A stretch of DNA of 64,000 nucleotides from Deltaproteobacteria bacterium. GTDB lineage: Bacteria; Myxococcota_A; Polyangia; JACPQR01. Location: NCBI GenBank assembly GCA_016190375.1, contig JACPQR010000213.1, positions 3,340 to 67,339 of the forward strand, read 5' to 3'. Made by a program: the position numbers and the translations under genes. Each line of letters begins with the position of its first letter. Position 1 is the first letter of the stretch. The notes under the pieces were generated by a model. It had not been told where the DNA came from, searched no databases, and saw nothing but the letters and a program-made list of their open reading frames with translations. Below are positions 29,328 through 40,682 of this stretch, piece by piece.

Positions 29328-30235
29328 ACCGCGACGACCTCGGCGTCGTCCCTGGGCGCCGGCAGCGCGAAGAAGAGCGCCACACCGCCGGCGATCGCCG
29401 CGGCACCGAGCACGGGCCCGAGCCAGAGCCACGTGCTCGTGCCGCCGCCACCGGGCGTACGGCCGCCACCGGGATCGCTCGCCCCCCGCGGCGCCTGGCG
29501 CGCGAGCCCGAGCGCCGTCAGCCGTTCCTGGAGCCGCGCGTCGAACCGGGCGCCACGCTCGACGACGGCACGAAGCGTGGCCTGACCGTCGGAGGAGCTC
29601 AGTATGAAGACCTCGACGCGGCCGGACGCGACCGCCCGCGCGATCACTAGAGTGTCGACGCCCAGCGCCTCGCCGAGGGCCCTCGTTCGCCCGACGGGCA
29701 GCGGCGGCAGGGGCGAGTCGGGCGGAGGGCGGACCTCGTCGGCGAGGCTCACGATCGCCGGTGGATGAACCTGCGGGTCGCATGCGAGCCGCGGATCCAG
29801 ACGGGCCCCGAGCGCCAGCGCCTCGCCCGCACCGTCGCGATCCTCGATCGTCAGCCGGACGGTGGCGAGGTCGAAGGCCAGCCGCACGGGCACCGCGAGG
29901 TCGTCGAGCCATGGCAACGCGTCGTAGGCGGCCGCGAGCGCGACGGCCACGGCGCTCTCGGCCCGCTCGAGCTCCGTGAACGACTCCATCTGCGCCCGTG
30001 CCTCGCCCGCCGCGCGCTCGAACGCCGCGAGCGCCTCGGCCCGCGGCATGAGGCCCTCCAGGCGCTCGAGCGACGATCGCGCGTTGGTCTGCGCGAGCGA
30101 GGGCAACAGCTCGAGCGCGGCCGCGCGATTGCCGCCAGGCCCGGCGATCGTCACGACGGCCGCCGACTGGGCGGCCGCGAGGCGAGTCGCGCACACGAGC
30201 GCCAGGACGAGGCCAGTCCGCACGCGCCCGAGCAT
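29309..30235 (-). CDS. hypothetical protein with signal peptide and C-terminal TM anchor
   Basis: MLGRVRTGLVLALVCATRLAAAQSA signal. C-terminal WLWLGPVLGAAAIAGGVALFFAL TM segment. Confidence 0.45.
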   Translation of the reverse strand: MLGRVRTGLVLALVCATRLAAAQSAAVVTIAGPGGNRAAALELLPSLAQTNARSSLERLEGLMPRAEALAAFERAAGEARAQMESFTELERAESAVAVALAAAYDALPWLDDLAVPVRLAFDLATVRLTIEDRDGAGEALALGARLDPRLACDPQVHPPAIVSLADEVRPPPDSPLPPLPVGRTRALGEALGVDTLVIARAVASGRVEVFILSSSDGQATLRAVVERGARFDARLQERLTALGLARQAPRGASDPGGGRTPGGGGTSTWLWLGPVLGAAAIAGGVALFFALPAPRDDAEVVAVWERQP

Positions 30236-30251
30236 AGCAAACTGCTACACT

Positions 30252-31960
30252 GTGAGCCTCGCTGTGCCCTCCTCACGGGAGTCACAGGGGCGCTTCCAGG
30301 TGCTCCACCGGATCGCGTCCGGCGGAATGGCCGAGGTGTTCCTCTCGCGCTTCGTCGGGCCCCAGGGCTTCGAGCGGCTGGTGGCGCTCAAGAAGGTCCG
30401 TGCGCGATTCACCGAGGACCCGAGGTTCGTCGAGCGGCTGGTGTCCGAGGCGAGGATCATGGTCCGGCTGTCCCACGGGAACATCTGCCAGGTCCTCGAT
30501 TTCGGGATCATGGACGGGCAGTACTTCCTCGCGATGGAGCACGTCGCGGGCTGCGACCTGGGCATGCTCATGCACGGCCTCGCCCGGCTGGACGAGGCCT
30601 TCCCGCCCGTGCTCGCCGCCTACGTCGTCGCCGAGATCTGCCGAGGGCTCGACTACGCCCACCGCCGGACCGACGAGGCCGGCAGGCCCCTCGGGATCGT
30701 CCACCGGGACGTCACGCCCGAGAACGTCCTCATCAGCTACGACGGCGAGGTCAAGCTCACCGACTTCGGGATCTCGCAGGCACGCGGAGTCGAGATGCCC
30801 GCCGAGCGCGAGGGCGTCGTCCTCGGAAAGGCCGCGTACCTCGCGCCGGAGCAGCTCGCGGGCGGAAGGGGCGACGCCCGCACGGACGTCTTCTCCGTCG
30901 GGATCCTCCTCTGGGAGATGCTCGTCGGCCTGCCGCTCTTCCGCCGCTCGACCGACCGCGAGACGATCGAGGCGGTCGGGCGCCTGCAGATCCAGCCGCC
31001 CTCACGGCTGAGGCCGGGGATCCCGCCGGAGCTCGACGCCATCACGCTGCGGGCCCTCGCGCGACGGCCCGGGGATCGGCATCCGGCGGCGGCAGCGCTG
31101 CTGGAGGACCTCTCGCGCTTCGTGGCGCTGCGAGCGCCGGGCATGACCGGCGCGACGCTCGCCGAGCTGGTCGCGCGGCAGATGCCGAGGCGCGGCAACA
31201 CCGACGAGACCCTGGCGACCGCGCAGGTCACCGTCCCCCGCGAGGTCGTCTCGCTCGCCGTCGACCCGACGCCCGCCCCCGAGCCAGGCATGCCGCCGGC
31301 GCTGCCTGCGCTCCCACAGCGGCCGAGCACGGTCCCCTTCGAGGCACCGCTCAGACAGCGCACCGGCCGCGCGCGGGCCGTCGCGGTCGGGGTCGCGACC
31401 TTCGCCGTGGTCGCGGTCGGAATGGCCATCGCGCTCACACGCCAGCCCAGCCGCTCCCTGACGGCGGTGCAGCTCGGCGCCCCCGCGGCGACGTCACCCG
31501 ATGCGGGAGGGACGGCTCATCCGGCCGAGATCGGGCCCGTCGACCCGCCGCGCGCCCAGGATGCCGCTCCTCGTCCGGGCGCGGTGCCCGGCGCACCGCC
31601 GCCCTCCTCGGCGCCGGTCGCTGTCGAGGGCGCCGAGCCGCCAGGCGCCCCGACGAAGGCTCCGGCGAGGGGACCCGACGAGCCGCGGGTGCGTCGAACC
31701 GGCGTCGAGCGCCCCGAACCTCCGCCGGGCCGACCGCCGGCGGCTGGAGGGTTCATCAACGTCAACGCCACTCCCTGGGGCAAGGTCTACGTGGACGGAC
31801 GGATCATGGCGAACGAGACCCCGGCGAGGCTGCCTGTGAGCGCGGGGCCTCATTCGGTGAAGGTCTACTTCGTGACGGCGGCGAGGTACTCTCCCGCCAG
31901 GCAGGTCGTGATAGAGGCTGGTCAGACGAGGGGTATGATGTTCGTGCTCTCGGAGTCGCC

Positions 31961-31964
<4 letters not shown>
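30252..31964 (+). CDS. Ser/Thr protein kinase (Hanks type) with TM segment and C-terminal PEGA domain; tentative GTG start
   Basis: GGMAEVF...VALKKV (subdomains I-II), HRDVTPENVL, DFG, APE. C-terminal FINVNATPWGKVYVDGR..TPARLPVSAGPHSVKV is a PEGA domain. Confidence 0.85.
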
Positions 31965-33304
<1,340 letters not shown>

Positions 33305-33319
33305 TCATACTTCCCTGGG

Positions 33320-34783
33320 TTGTCGGTCCCGAGGAATGCTCACGTCACGGGTCCGTTGCGGCACGGCGAGATGCTTGGCCGCTACCGAATACTCGGTCAC
33401 ATCGCAGACGGAGGGATGGCCTCGGTCTACCTCGCCGAGCTCGAAGGGCCGGGTACGTTTCACAAGCACGTCGCCCTCAAGGTGATCCATCCGCACCTCA
33501 GAAGGGATCCGACCTTCGTCAGGATGTTCGGCGACGAGGCGCTCATTGCGGCGCGCCTGCACCATCCGAACATCGTGCAGACGTTCGACCTCGTCGAGTC
33601 CAACGGGCACCTCGCGATCGCGATGGAGTACGCGCCGGGCCTGCCGGTGAGCGCGCTCCGAAACGGCCACCTGATCGATCCCGGGGCCGAGCTGGTCGCG
33701 TACATCGGTGCCGAGGCGGCGGCCGCGCTCGACCATGCGCACAACCTGACCGACGCGCTCGGCCATCCGCTCCACATCGTGCACCGCGACGTCTCGTCGT
33801 CGAACGTGCAGATCGGGCTCGACGGGCGAGTCCGTCTGGTGGACTTCGGTATCGCGCGAGCGAGCGACTGCGCCGTCATGACCACGGCCGGCATGATCAA
33901 GGGGACGCTCGCGTACATCGCCCCCGAGCGATTCACGACCGGAGCGGCCACGCCGCAAACGGACGTGTGGTCCCTCGGCGTGGTTCTCTGGGAGGTCCTC
34001 GCGAGACGCCGGCTCTTCAGACGCCCGACCGACGCCGACACCGCCGCGGCCGTCCTGATGGACGAGGTTCCGCCGCTCCTGCAGATCCGACCGGAGATCC
34101 CGGCCAAGGTGTCCGCGGTCGTCCACCGTGCGATCGAGCGGGACCCGGCCAGGCGGTTCGCCAGCGCCGCCGAGCTCGAGAGCGCCTTGCGCCAGCACCA
34201 CCCGGCCAAGATCGAAGAGGTCCTCGAGCCGCTCCGCGCCGCGCTCGCGCCGTTCCGGCAGGATCAGCTCGGCAGGGTGCGCCGCCTCCTCGGGCGCGGC
34301 GAGCCGGAGGCCGGGACGGTGACGGCCAGCCCTTCGCCCGGCCTCGCGCCCGCCGCGGAGGAGCCCTCGTGGACGCCGGCGCCTGCCCGATGGAATGGAA
34401 AGCGCCGCTTCGTCGCGCTCGCGCTCGTCCTCGTCGCCGTGACCGCGGCCTGGCTTCTGGTTCGAGCGACGCGCACCGACCCGGAGCGGGCGACAGCGCA
34501 GGGCGCCCCGGCGGCGGATTCGAGCTCCGACCCGGGTCGCCGCAAGAGCGCTCGTGAGCGCGCGCCCGACTCGCCTTTGGTCGAATCGACGGCAACCGAG
34601 CCGGGGGCCGACCGACCGACCGCGCCGCCGACCGACCGCGCCGCTCCCCCTCCGGCGACCTCGGTCTCGAGACGGGCCGGCTGGCCGCGCCCCGCCGGGT
34701 TGACCTACGACCACGACGTCTACCGGCGTCGCTCGAAGAACCGGTCGTCAAGGACGGCGGGCCCGGCGACCCCGCGCCCATGA
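33320..34783 (+). CDS. Ser/Thr protein kinase (Hanks type) with C-terminal TM and low-complexity tail
   Basis: GGMASVYLA..VALKV, HRDVSSSNV, DFGIAR, APE. Start may instead be M18 (33371). Confidence 0.8.
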   Translation: MSVPRNAHVTGPLRHGEMLGRYRILGHIADGGMASVYLAELEGPGTFHKHVALKVIHPHLRRDPTFVRMFGDEALIAARLHHPNIVQTFDLVESNGHLAIAMEYAPGLPVSALRNGHLIDPGAELVAYIGAEAAAALDHAHNLTDALGHPLHIVHRDVSSSNVQIGLDGRVRLVDFGIARASDCAVMTTAGMIKGTLAYIAPERFTTGAATPQTDVWSLGVVLWEVLARRRLFRRPTDADTAAAVLMDEVPPLLQIRPEIPAKVSAVVHRAIERDPARRFASAAELESALRQHHPAKIEEVLEPLRAALAPFRQDQLGRVRRLLGRGEPEAGTVTASPSPGLAPAAEEPSWTPAPARWNGKRRFVALALVLVAVTAAWLLVRATRTDPERATAQGAPAADSSSDPGRRKSARERAPDSPLVESTATEPGADRPTAPPTDRAAPPPATSVSRRAGWPRPAGLTYDHDVYRRRSKNRSSRTAGPATPRP

Positions 34784-34789
34784 CATGGA

Positions 34790-35524
34790 TTGCAGCCTGC
34801 TGGCTCCCCGCGGTACCTTCGACGCGTGCGCTGGGCGCTCGCGTGCGCGTTCGTGGGCTGGGTCGCGTCCTGCGGGGGAGGCGGTGTCGAGCCGGCGACG
34901 CTCGAAGTCTTGTCGGTCGAGCCTCGATCGCTGCCGCCCGAGGGCAGTGGGGTCACGATCCTGTACCGCGCGACCCGAAGCGGCTCGGTGCGGGTCGTGT
35001 CGGACGATCTGCCTGGCGAAGAGCCCGTCCTCGTCGAGCAGTCCCGGCCGTACGAGGCGGGAACGATGGGGGGCGTCGAGGTCCCGCGCGCGGGGCTGGC
35101 ACCGGGACCACACCTCGTCTCCGTCGTCCTGAGGCCGGCGGGCGGACGGCCCGACCTCGAGGACACGGCCATCTTCTACATCGGCCCTGCCCAGGACGAC
35201 GCGGACGCGGGCGCCGACGCGGGACCGTCCCCGGGGATCGACGGCGGGGATCCGACCTGCACCGAAGAGTGCGCCGACCAGGGCTTTTCGCAGGTCTGCG
35301 GAGACGACGGTCGCACCTACGACAACCTCTGCCTCATGACCTGCGCGGGCGCGAACCTCGCCTCGACCGGAGCCTGCCAGGCCGAGGTCGACTGCTTCGA
35401 GCAATGCATGAACGACGGTCTGAACCCCGTGTGTGGCGAAGACGGCGTCACCTACGTGAACCAGTGCCACATCGATTGCGAGGGCGTGGCGAAGGACCGC
35501 GACGGTCCCTGCTTCAACTTCTGA
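34790..35524 (+). CDS. lipoprotein with two Kazal-type serine-protease-inhibitor domains
   Basis: Lipobox WVASCGGG. CADQGFSQVCGDDGRTYDNLCLMTCAG and CMNDGLNPVCGEDGVTYVNQCHIDCEG match the Kazal consensus C-x6-VCG-DG-TY-N-C. Confidence 0.75.
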   Translation: MQPAGSPRYLRRVRWALACAFVGWVASCGGGGVEPATLEVLSVEPRSLPPEGSGVTILYRATRSGSVRVVSDDLPGEEPVLVEQSRPYEAGTMGGVEVPRAGLAPGPHLVSVVLRPAGGRPDLEDTAIFYIGPAQDDADAGADAGPSPGIDGGDPTCTEECADQGFSQVCGDDGRTYDNLCLMTCAGANLASTGACQAEVDCFEQCMNDGLNPVCGEDGVTYVNQCHIDCEGVAKDRDGPCFNF

Positions 35525-35530
35525 CCGGCT

Positions 35531-36127
35531 CTACCGATCGGGCACGTCGAGGATCGCGGGGTAGCGCCTCATCCTGAGCTGAAGCGTGCCGGAAGGCGCC
35601 AGGACCAGGACGTACTCCTGACCCGACTTGCGGACGTGCACCTCGAGGGTCGCGCTCCCGCCCGCGGTGCGCTTGAAGGCGTCGGTGACCGTATAGTCGT
35701 CGTGGAAGATCCCCTCGACGGTGCGGGCCGCCGCCGCGGGGAGCGACGCGGGATCGATCGCTTCGTCGACTCGCACGACCATTCCGCTCCGTCTCGCGGT
35801 GACGGCGCAGAACCGCGGCCCCTCGCCGACGTAGACCGCGTAGGCGTCGGCGCCGTCGACCTCGAGCCGCGAGTAGCGGACGCTCCCGTCGCGGTTCGGG
35901 CAGCCCGAACCGCGCAGCGCCCTCACGGCACTCGGCACGCTGTCCATCTCCACCGAGACCTCGGTTTCGGCGAAGTGGACGCCGTCGGTCGACCGAAGGA
36001 CGACCGGGCGACCGGGAACGGCGCCTCCCGTCGCATCCACGAGGCGGGCGGGGAGACGACCCGTCGCGCTGGTGGACGCGCAGGCGACCAGGCCGCCAGA
36101 GACCAGGCACAACACGAGCTCGCGCAT
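35531..36127 (-). CDS. lipoprotein, hypothetical
   Basis: MRELVLCLVSGGLVACAST lipobox. 198 aa with protein-like composition. The rest of the 613-aa ORF is noise. Confidence 0.5.
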   Translation of the reverse strand: MRELVLCLVSGGLVACASTSATGRLPARLVDATGGAVPGRPVVLRSTDGVHFAETEVSVEMDSVPSAVRALRGSGCPNRDGSVRYSRLEVDGADAYAVYVGEGPRFCAVTARRSGMVVRVDEAIDPASLPAAAARTVEGIFHDDYTVTDAFKRTAGGSATLEVHVRKSGQEYVLVLAPSGTLQLRMRRYPAILDVPDR

Positions 36128-36180
36128 GACCGCCCATTTCCACGAAAGGCAGGCAGTCGTCAAGCTTCGAGAAGGCCCAC

Positions 36181-38157
36181 CTACCTTCCGTGCGGCCGGC
36201 GGGCGCGGTGCCTCCTGCGGGAGATGGCCCGCTGCAGCTCGAAGACCGACGTCCCCGTGATCACCTCGACCTCGCGCTCCATCGCCTGGTAGTTCGTCTT
36301 GTGAACGCGAACGGTCACGAAGTCCGCCACGTCCTCGGGAAGCTCGATGGTCGCCGGCGTCACCGCCTCCTGCAGCGCGCCGTCGATCCATATCGTCGCT
36401 CCTGGCGGGGTCGACTGGATGAGGAGGGTCTTGCGCTCGGGCAGCGCGGGCGCCGGCGGCGGTGGGAGCGGAGGATCGACCACGAGCGGCAGAGCGGCGG
36501 GGGCAATCGAGATGCTGGGAAAGACGGGCAGTGGCGGCGGTGGCGACTTCGCGAGGACCGAGCCTTGCGGCGGAGCGACAGGGGCCAAGGGCTCGGCGGG
36601 GGCGGGCTGGGCGACCGCCGCAGACTGCCCGTCGTTCGTCACCACGGCCACGCCGAGGGCCGCGAGCAGAGCTCCGCCGGCGGCGGCCAGGGCGACGAGC
36701 GCGATGCCTCGCGCCGTGGGCGAGCGCCAGAATCGCGGGATGCGAGTCTCCATCGTCGGCCCGAGCCGCCCCAGGTTCGAGGGCGGCGGGACGTCGATCG
36801 AGCCCGACGAAGAGCCGCGTTGCTTCTTCCCGAGCACCGTGAGAACGGATACGGAGGACTCCTCCGTGCGCTGGGTGGTCGATTGCGTGAGGCCATCGAC
36901 GACGAGGGGCGCGGCCAGGACCGCTCCTGGCAGGGGGGCCATCGGCAACGGCGCCGGCGACGGGGTCAGGGCGTAACCCTGAGCCGTCGCCCCCGCGCCG
37001 CTCGCGGGCTCCGGCGAGTCGACGAAACCCGTCGAGTCCTCCTCGTACGATGGGAAGACAGGAACGCCGAAGTCGTCGTCGTCCTCCGCCCTCGGCTGCG
37101 GCCTGCTCTCGCCGGCCAGCGCCGCGACGACCGAGTCCTCCGGGACCGGGAACTGCAGGTTCGGAGGGGTCGGACCGTCCACGACGATGCGCCTGCCCGC
37201 GGACGGCGCCCGGGCCGATTCGGTGGGAACGGGCTCGGGCACGACGTCGCGGACGAAGTCGCCGAGCCGCGCCATGCTGACGACGAGGTGGTTCGCCGCC
37301 ATGAACTCCTCGAGGTGGAGCTGCACGGTCCTCGCGTCGGGGATGCGTTGCTCGGGCCTCGGCGCGAGGCACCCGAGCACGACGCGCTCGAGCTCTTCCG
37401 GAAAGTCGGCCCGAACGGCGCGCGGGCGCCGGAAGTCGCCGCGAACGATGTGGCCGAGCAGCGAGACCTCGTCGCTCGCCTCGAAGGGATGCACGCCCAG
37501 CACGGCCTCGTAGAGCAGGACTCCGAGCGCGAACACGTCGGAGCGGCGATCGATCGGCGCTTTCCGCGTGAGCTGCTCCGGCGCCATGTAGCCGTACGTG
37601 CCCTTGATGACGCCGGTGCGGGTCTCGTAGACCTTGGTCTTTGCCTTGGCGATCCCGAAGTCGATCAGCTTGACCGCGCCTTCGTACGAGACCACCACGT
37701 TCTGCGGGTTGATGTCGCGGTGGACGATCCCGAGAGGTGTGCCATGCTCATCCCTCTTCTCGTGGATGTAGTGAAGCGCCTCGCAGACGCCGATGAGGAT
37801 CGGAAGGGCGATCCGGAGGGGCAGGCCGCGGCCGCCGCTCTCGTAGATCGTGTCGAGGAGCTTCCCGAGATCGGGTCCCCGCACGTACTCCATCACCAGG
37901 AAGAAGCAGTCGTCTTCCTTCCCGAGCTCGTAGATCTGGGCGATGTTCGGATGAACGAGCGTCGCCACGATCCGGGCCTCGTCGAGGAACATCGTGACGA
38001 ACTCGGCGTCTCTTGCTCGGTGCTGCAGGATGCGCTTGATGACGACCGTTCGCTCGACGCCCTCCATGCCCTCTTGGCGCGCCAGGAAGATCTCCGCCAT
38101 GCCCCCGGTGGCGAGCTTGCGGAGAATCTGGTACCGCCCGACCTGGGAGGACGACAT
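36181..38157 (-). CDS. Ser/Thr protein kinase with Pro-rich linker, TM and C-terminal PEGA domain
   Basis: GGMAEIFLA..VVIKRI, HRDINPQNVV, DFGIAK, APE. C-terminal TPPGATIWIDG..TPATIEL..VTVRVHK is a PEGA domain. Confidence 0.9.
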   Translation of the reverse strand: MSSSQVGRYQILRKLATGGMAEIFLARQEGMEGVERTVVIKRILQHRARDAEFVTMFLDEARIVATLVHPNIAQIYELGKEDDCFFLVMEYVRGPDLGKLLDTIYESGGRGLPLRIALPILIGVCEALHYIHEKRDEHGTPLGIVHRDINPQNVVVSYEGAVKLIDFGIAKAKTKVYETRTGVIKGTYGYMAPEQLTRKAPIDRRSDVFALGVLLYEAVLGVHPFEASDEVSLLGHIVRGDFRRPRAVRADFPEELERVVLGCLAPRPEQRIPDARTVQLHLEEFMAANHLVVSMARLGDFVRDVVPEPVPTESARAPSAGRRIVVDGPTPPNLQFPVPEDSVVAALAGESRPQPRAEDDDDFGVPVFPSYEEDSTGFVDSPEPASGAGATAQGYALTPSPAPLPMAPLPGAVLAAPLVVDGLTQSTTQRTEESSVSVLTVLGKKQRGSSSGSIDVPPPSNLGRLGPTMETRIPRFWRSPTARGIALVALAAAGGALLAALGVAVVTNDGQSAAVAQPAPAEPLAPVAPPQGSVLAKSPPPPLPVFPSISIAPAALPLVVDPPLPPPPAPALPERKTLLIQSTPPGATIWIDGALQEAVTPATIELPEDVADFVTVRVHKTNYQAMEREVEVITGTSVFELQRAISRRRHRARRPHGR

Positions 38158-38168
38158 CGCTATTCTCG

Positions 38169-38193
38169 CCGGATGTTACCGAAGAACATCCGG
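38169..38193. promoter_or_regulatory. perfect 9-bp inverted repeat CCGGATGTT-N7-AACATCCGG in divergent promoter region (candidate operator or 5'-UTR hairpin)
   Basis: Palindrome lies 12 nt upstream of the kinase ATG (minus strand) and about 50 nt upstream of the 38245 gene, in a locally AT-richer intergenic region. Confidence 0.4.
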
Positions 38194-38244
38194 GCGCCAC
38201 AAACGTATAACCTGCTGACGTCTGCACGGAAGGAGAGTTCCACG

Positions 38245-38997
38245 ATGCTTCTTCGCTCCGCCATCGTCGCCGTCGGGGTTCTCGGGTTCGCGGGAGTCGC
38301 GCAAGCCCGCTCGGTTCCTCTGGATCGCGCCCGCGACGCCAACGTCTCCGTGGACCTCGTCTCTCCCGGCGGTTACCACGAGGTCACCGTGACCCTCCGT
38401 AACCGGGGCGAGGACCCGGTCACGATCACCGGGCTTCCGGGGATGGTCCTCGAAAACCGCAACCAGTCCGAGCAGGATCTGACCTTCTCCGGCCCCCTCA
38501 ACCTCGCGGTGGGGCCTGGGCAGTCGGTCACCAACACCGTGGGAGTCTACTGCATCCGGCCCGACCGGTCCTCCCCGAGCGCGGGAGCCCGCTTCGACGT
38601 CGGTCAATTCGACAGTGGTCTCGCGGACATGATGCGCGGCAGGAGCTCGGCCAGGGCCGACGGGTCCACCCAGTCGGCGGTCTGGGATTTCATGCGCAAT
38701 CGAAACGTGGTCCAGCCTCGACCCGCCCAGCTCCAGTGCGTCGGGCCCGATGGCGGCCTCCGCATCTGCGTGAACCCGAATGCGACACCGGTCCAGAATG
38801 CGCCGAATGTCGCACCCATGCCCCCCACTCCCACTCAGATTCCGATCATCCAGCTCCCCGAGCCGGTCCCGACCCCGCCCCCCGCTGCCCCGATCGTCCG
38901 GCGCCAGAGGCCGCGGCACCACCCCCAGCGGCCTCAGGCTCCCATCGGTCAGCCCGATCCCCGGACGCCGCAGGGCCTGGTGATCGAGGACGACTGA
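38245..38997 (+). CDS. secreted hypothetical protein (Pro-rich C-terminus)
   Basis: RBS GGAAGGAGAG 7 nt upstream of the ATG. Signal peptide MLLRSAIVAVGVLGFAGVAQA. N/Q/D/V/S-rich mature part. Confidence 0.65.
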   Translation: MLLRSAIVAVGVLGFAGVAQARSVPLDRARDANVSVDLVSPGGYHEVTVTLRNRGEDPVTITGLPGMVLENRNQSEQDLTFSGPLNLAVGPGQSVTNTVGVYCIRPDRSSPSAGARFDVGQFDSGLADMMRGRSSARADGSTQSAVWDFMRNRNVVQPRPAQLQCVGPDGGLRICVNPNATPVQNAPNVAPMPPTPTQIPIIQLPEPVPTPPPAAPIVRRQRPRHHPQRPQAPIGQPDPRTPQGLVIEDD

Positions 38998-40551
38998 TCA
39001 GCGGCCCGACGGCGCCAGATCTCGAGCAATCTCCCGCGCAACGCGCAGCCCGCTGCGAACCGCTCCTTCGGAGTGAGCGTTGAGCGTGTAGTCTCCGGCG
39101 AGCCAGAGCCCCATCTCGGGAGCGCGAAGCGCATCTCCCCCTTCGTCGATCGGCGAGCGACCGGGCGGCCAGATGGGAATCGCGGCGGGGTGATGGGAGT
39201 AGGCGTGGGTCTCGCGCACGTGGCCAGAGAAGCCGGGCCACAGCCGGTCGAGCTCGGCGAGCGCCTCGCGCACCTTCTGCTCGCGCGGCGCCATGTGCCA
39301 GGCGTTCGCCGCCATCCCGTACACGAGGAGGCTGAAGACCTGCAGGGGCTGCGAGTCCGGCGTCGTCTCGTTGATGCCGTAGATCACACCGAGGGGCCCG
39401 CGCGACAGGACCGGGAAGGGGTTGCCTCCGTCTCCGCCCCATAGCGAGTCGATCTGCTTGTCGACGAGGAAGTGGACGACGGTGTACTGACCGCGCATCA
39501 ACGTGCGGATCGCCTGCCACTTCTCCTCGGACAGCGGAGGCTCCGTCAGGATCTGGTGCAGGCGCACGAAGGGAACGGCGAGCACGACGCGCTCGCCCTC
39601 GACCGAGCTCAGCACGTGGTCCTTGACGTATTGCACGCGCACCCGGGTCGCGCCGTCGGAGCCCCGGGTCCGCAGGGCCTGCGTCACCGTCGCGCCGAGG
39701 GTCTTTTCGCCACGGATCGCGCCGACGAGCGCATCGATGACTCGCTGGTTGCCCCCCTGCACGTGATAGTTCGGCGCGCCGTCGCCGAAGAACACCTCGA
39801 ATTCGAGCAGTCCGATGAGCGCGCTGAACTGCTCCCAGTCCGCGGCGAGCTCGCACTCGATGGTGAGACGCAGGAACTCGGCGACGCGCGGTGGGACGCC
39901 CGACTGGTCGATCCAGGTCTTGAAGGAGATGCCCTCGAGATCGCGCACGTAGCCGTCGCGCAAACCTGCCGTCTTCGCGAGGTGGTGAAGTCGCTCGGCG
40001 TTCCCGAGCCAGTCGCGAAGCGCCTGCCTCTCGTCCGGCCGGAGGAACGACGCGAAGTACTCGTCGGGCGTGTCTTGCAGGAAGGGCACGACGCGGCCGT
40101 CGAGGATGATGCTGGAGAAGGCCGGCTCGGCCTCGCCTTCGATCGGGACGTGGAGCTCGCGGGCGACCTCGAGCAGCGGGTTCGTCGCCCAGACCTCCTG
40201 CATCCCGAACTCGGCGTGAAGGTCCGGCGCGTAGTACGCGGTCGTCACCCGGCCTCCCCAGACGTCCGTCGCCTCGAGGACATGCGTCTCGATTCCCGAC
40301 TTCTCGAGCTCGTACGCCGTGACCAGGCCCGCGAGGCCCCCGCCGACCACCACGACCCGCGCGTGCGACACGCTGCCCGCGGGCCTCGCAGGAAGCTGGC
40401 GAACGACCTTGGCCGACCCGGGCCCGGCCTCGGGCATCGGGCGCTCGCTCTCGCGCCGGGTCTCCGGGTGCCCGCATGCGAGAGCGAGCAGGAGCGAGAA
40501 CGCAGGTGCGGTGAAAAAGGATGACCGGACCGCAGCCGTCAGGCTGGACAT
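38998..40551 (-). CDS. flavin-containing amine oxidase family protein (FAD/NAD(P)-binding), lipoprotein-type signal
   Basis: Start MSSLTAAVRSSFFTAPAFSLLLALACG. Dinucleotide-binding VVVVGGGLAGLVTAYELEKSG. Amine-oxidase C-terminal GLWLAGDYT pattern. Confidence 0.75.
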   Translation of the reverse strand: MSSLTAAVRSSFFTAPAFSLLLALACGHPETRRESERPMPEAGPGSAKVVRQLPARPAGSVSHARVVVVGGGLAGLVTAYELEKSGIETHVLEATDVWGGRVTTAYYAPDLHAEFGMQEVWATNPLLEVARELHVPIEGEAEPAFSSIILDGRVVPFLQDTPDEYFASFLRPDERQALRDWLGNAERLHHLAKTAGLRDGYVRDLEGISFKTWIDQSGVPPRVAEFLRLTIECELAADWEQFSALIGLLEFEVFFGDGAPNYHVQGGNQRVIDALVGAIRGEKTLGATVTQALRTRGSDGATRVRVQYVKDHVLSSVEGERVVLAVPFVRLHQILTEPPLSEEKWQAIRTLMRGQYTVVHFLVDKQIDSLWGGDGGNPFPVLSRGPLGVIYGINETTPDSQPLQVFSLLVYGMAANAWHMAPREQKVREALAELDRLWPGFSGHVRETHAYSHHPAAIPIWPPGRSPIDEGGDALRAPEMGLWLAGDYTLNAHSEGAVRSGLRVAREIARDLAPSGR

Positions 40552-40682
40552 GCCGTGACGTTCGCGTGCGGCGGGATCCGGTGTCAAGCGACGGCCGGCA
40601 GGCGGCGCCGCGCGGGGCGTTCTGCCCCACGGCGACATCGGCGCCACAGCTCGGCCATCACGCTCGCGCCGGCGACAGGCCG

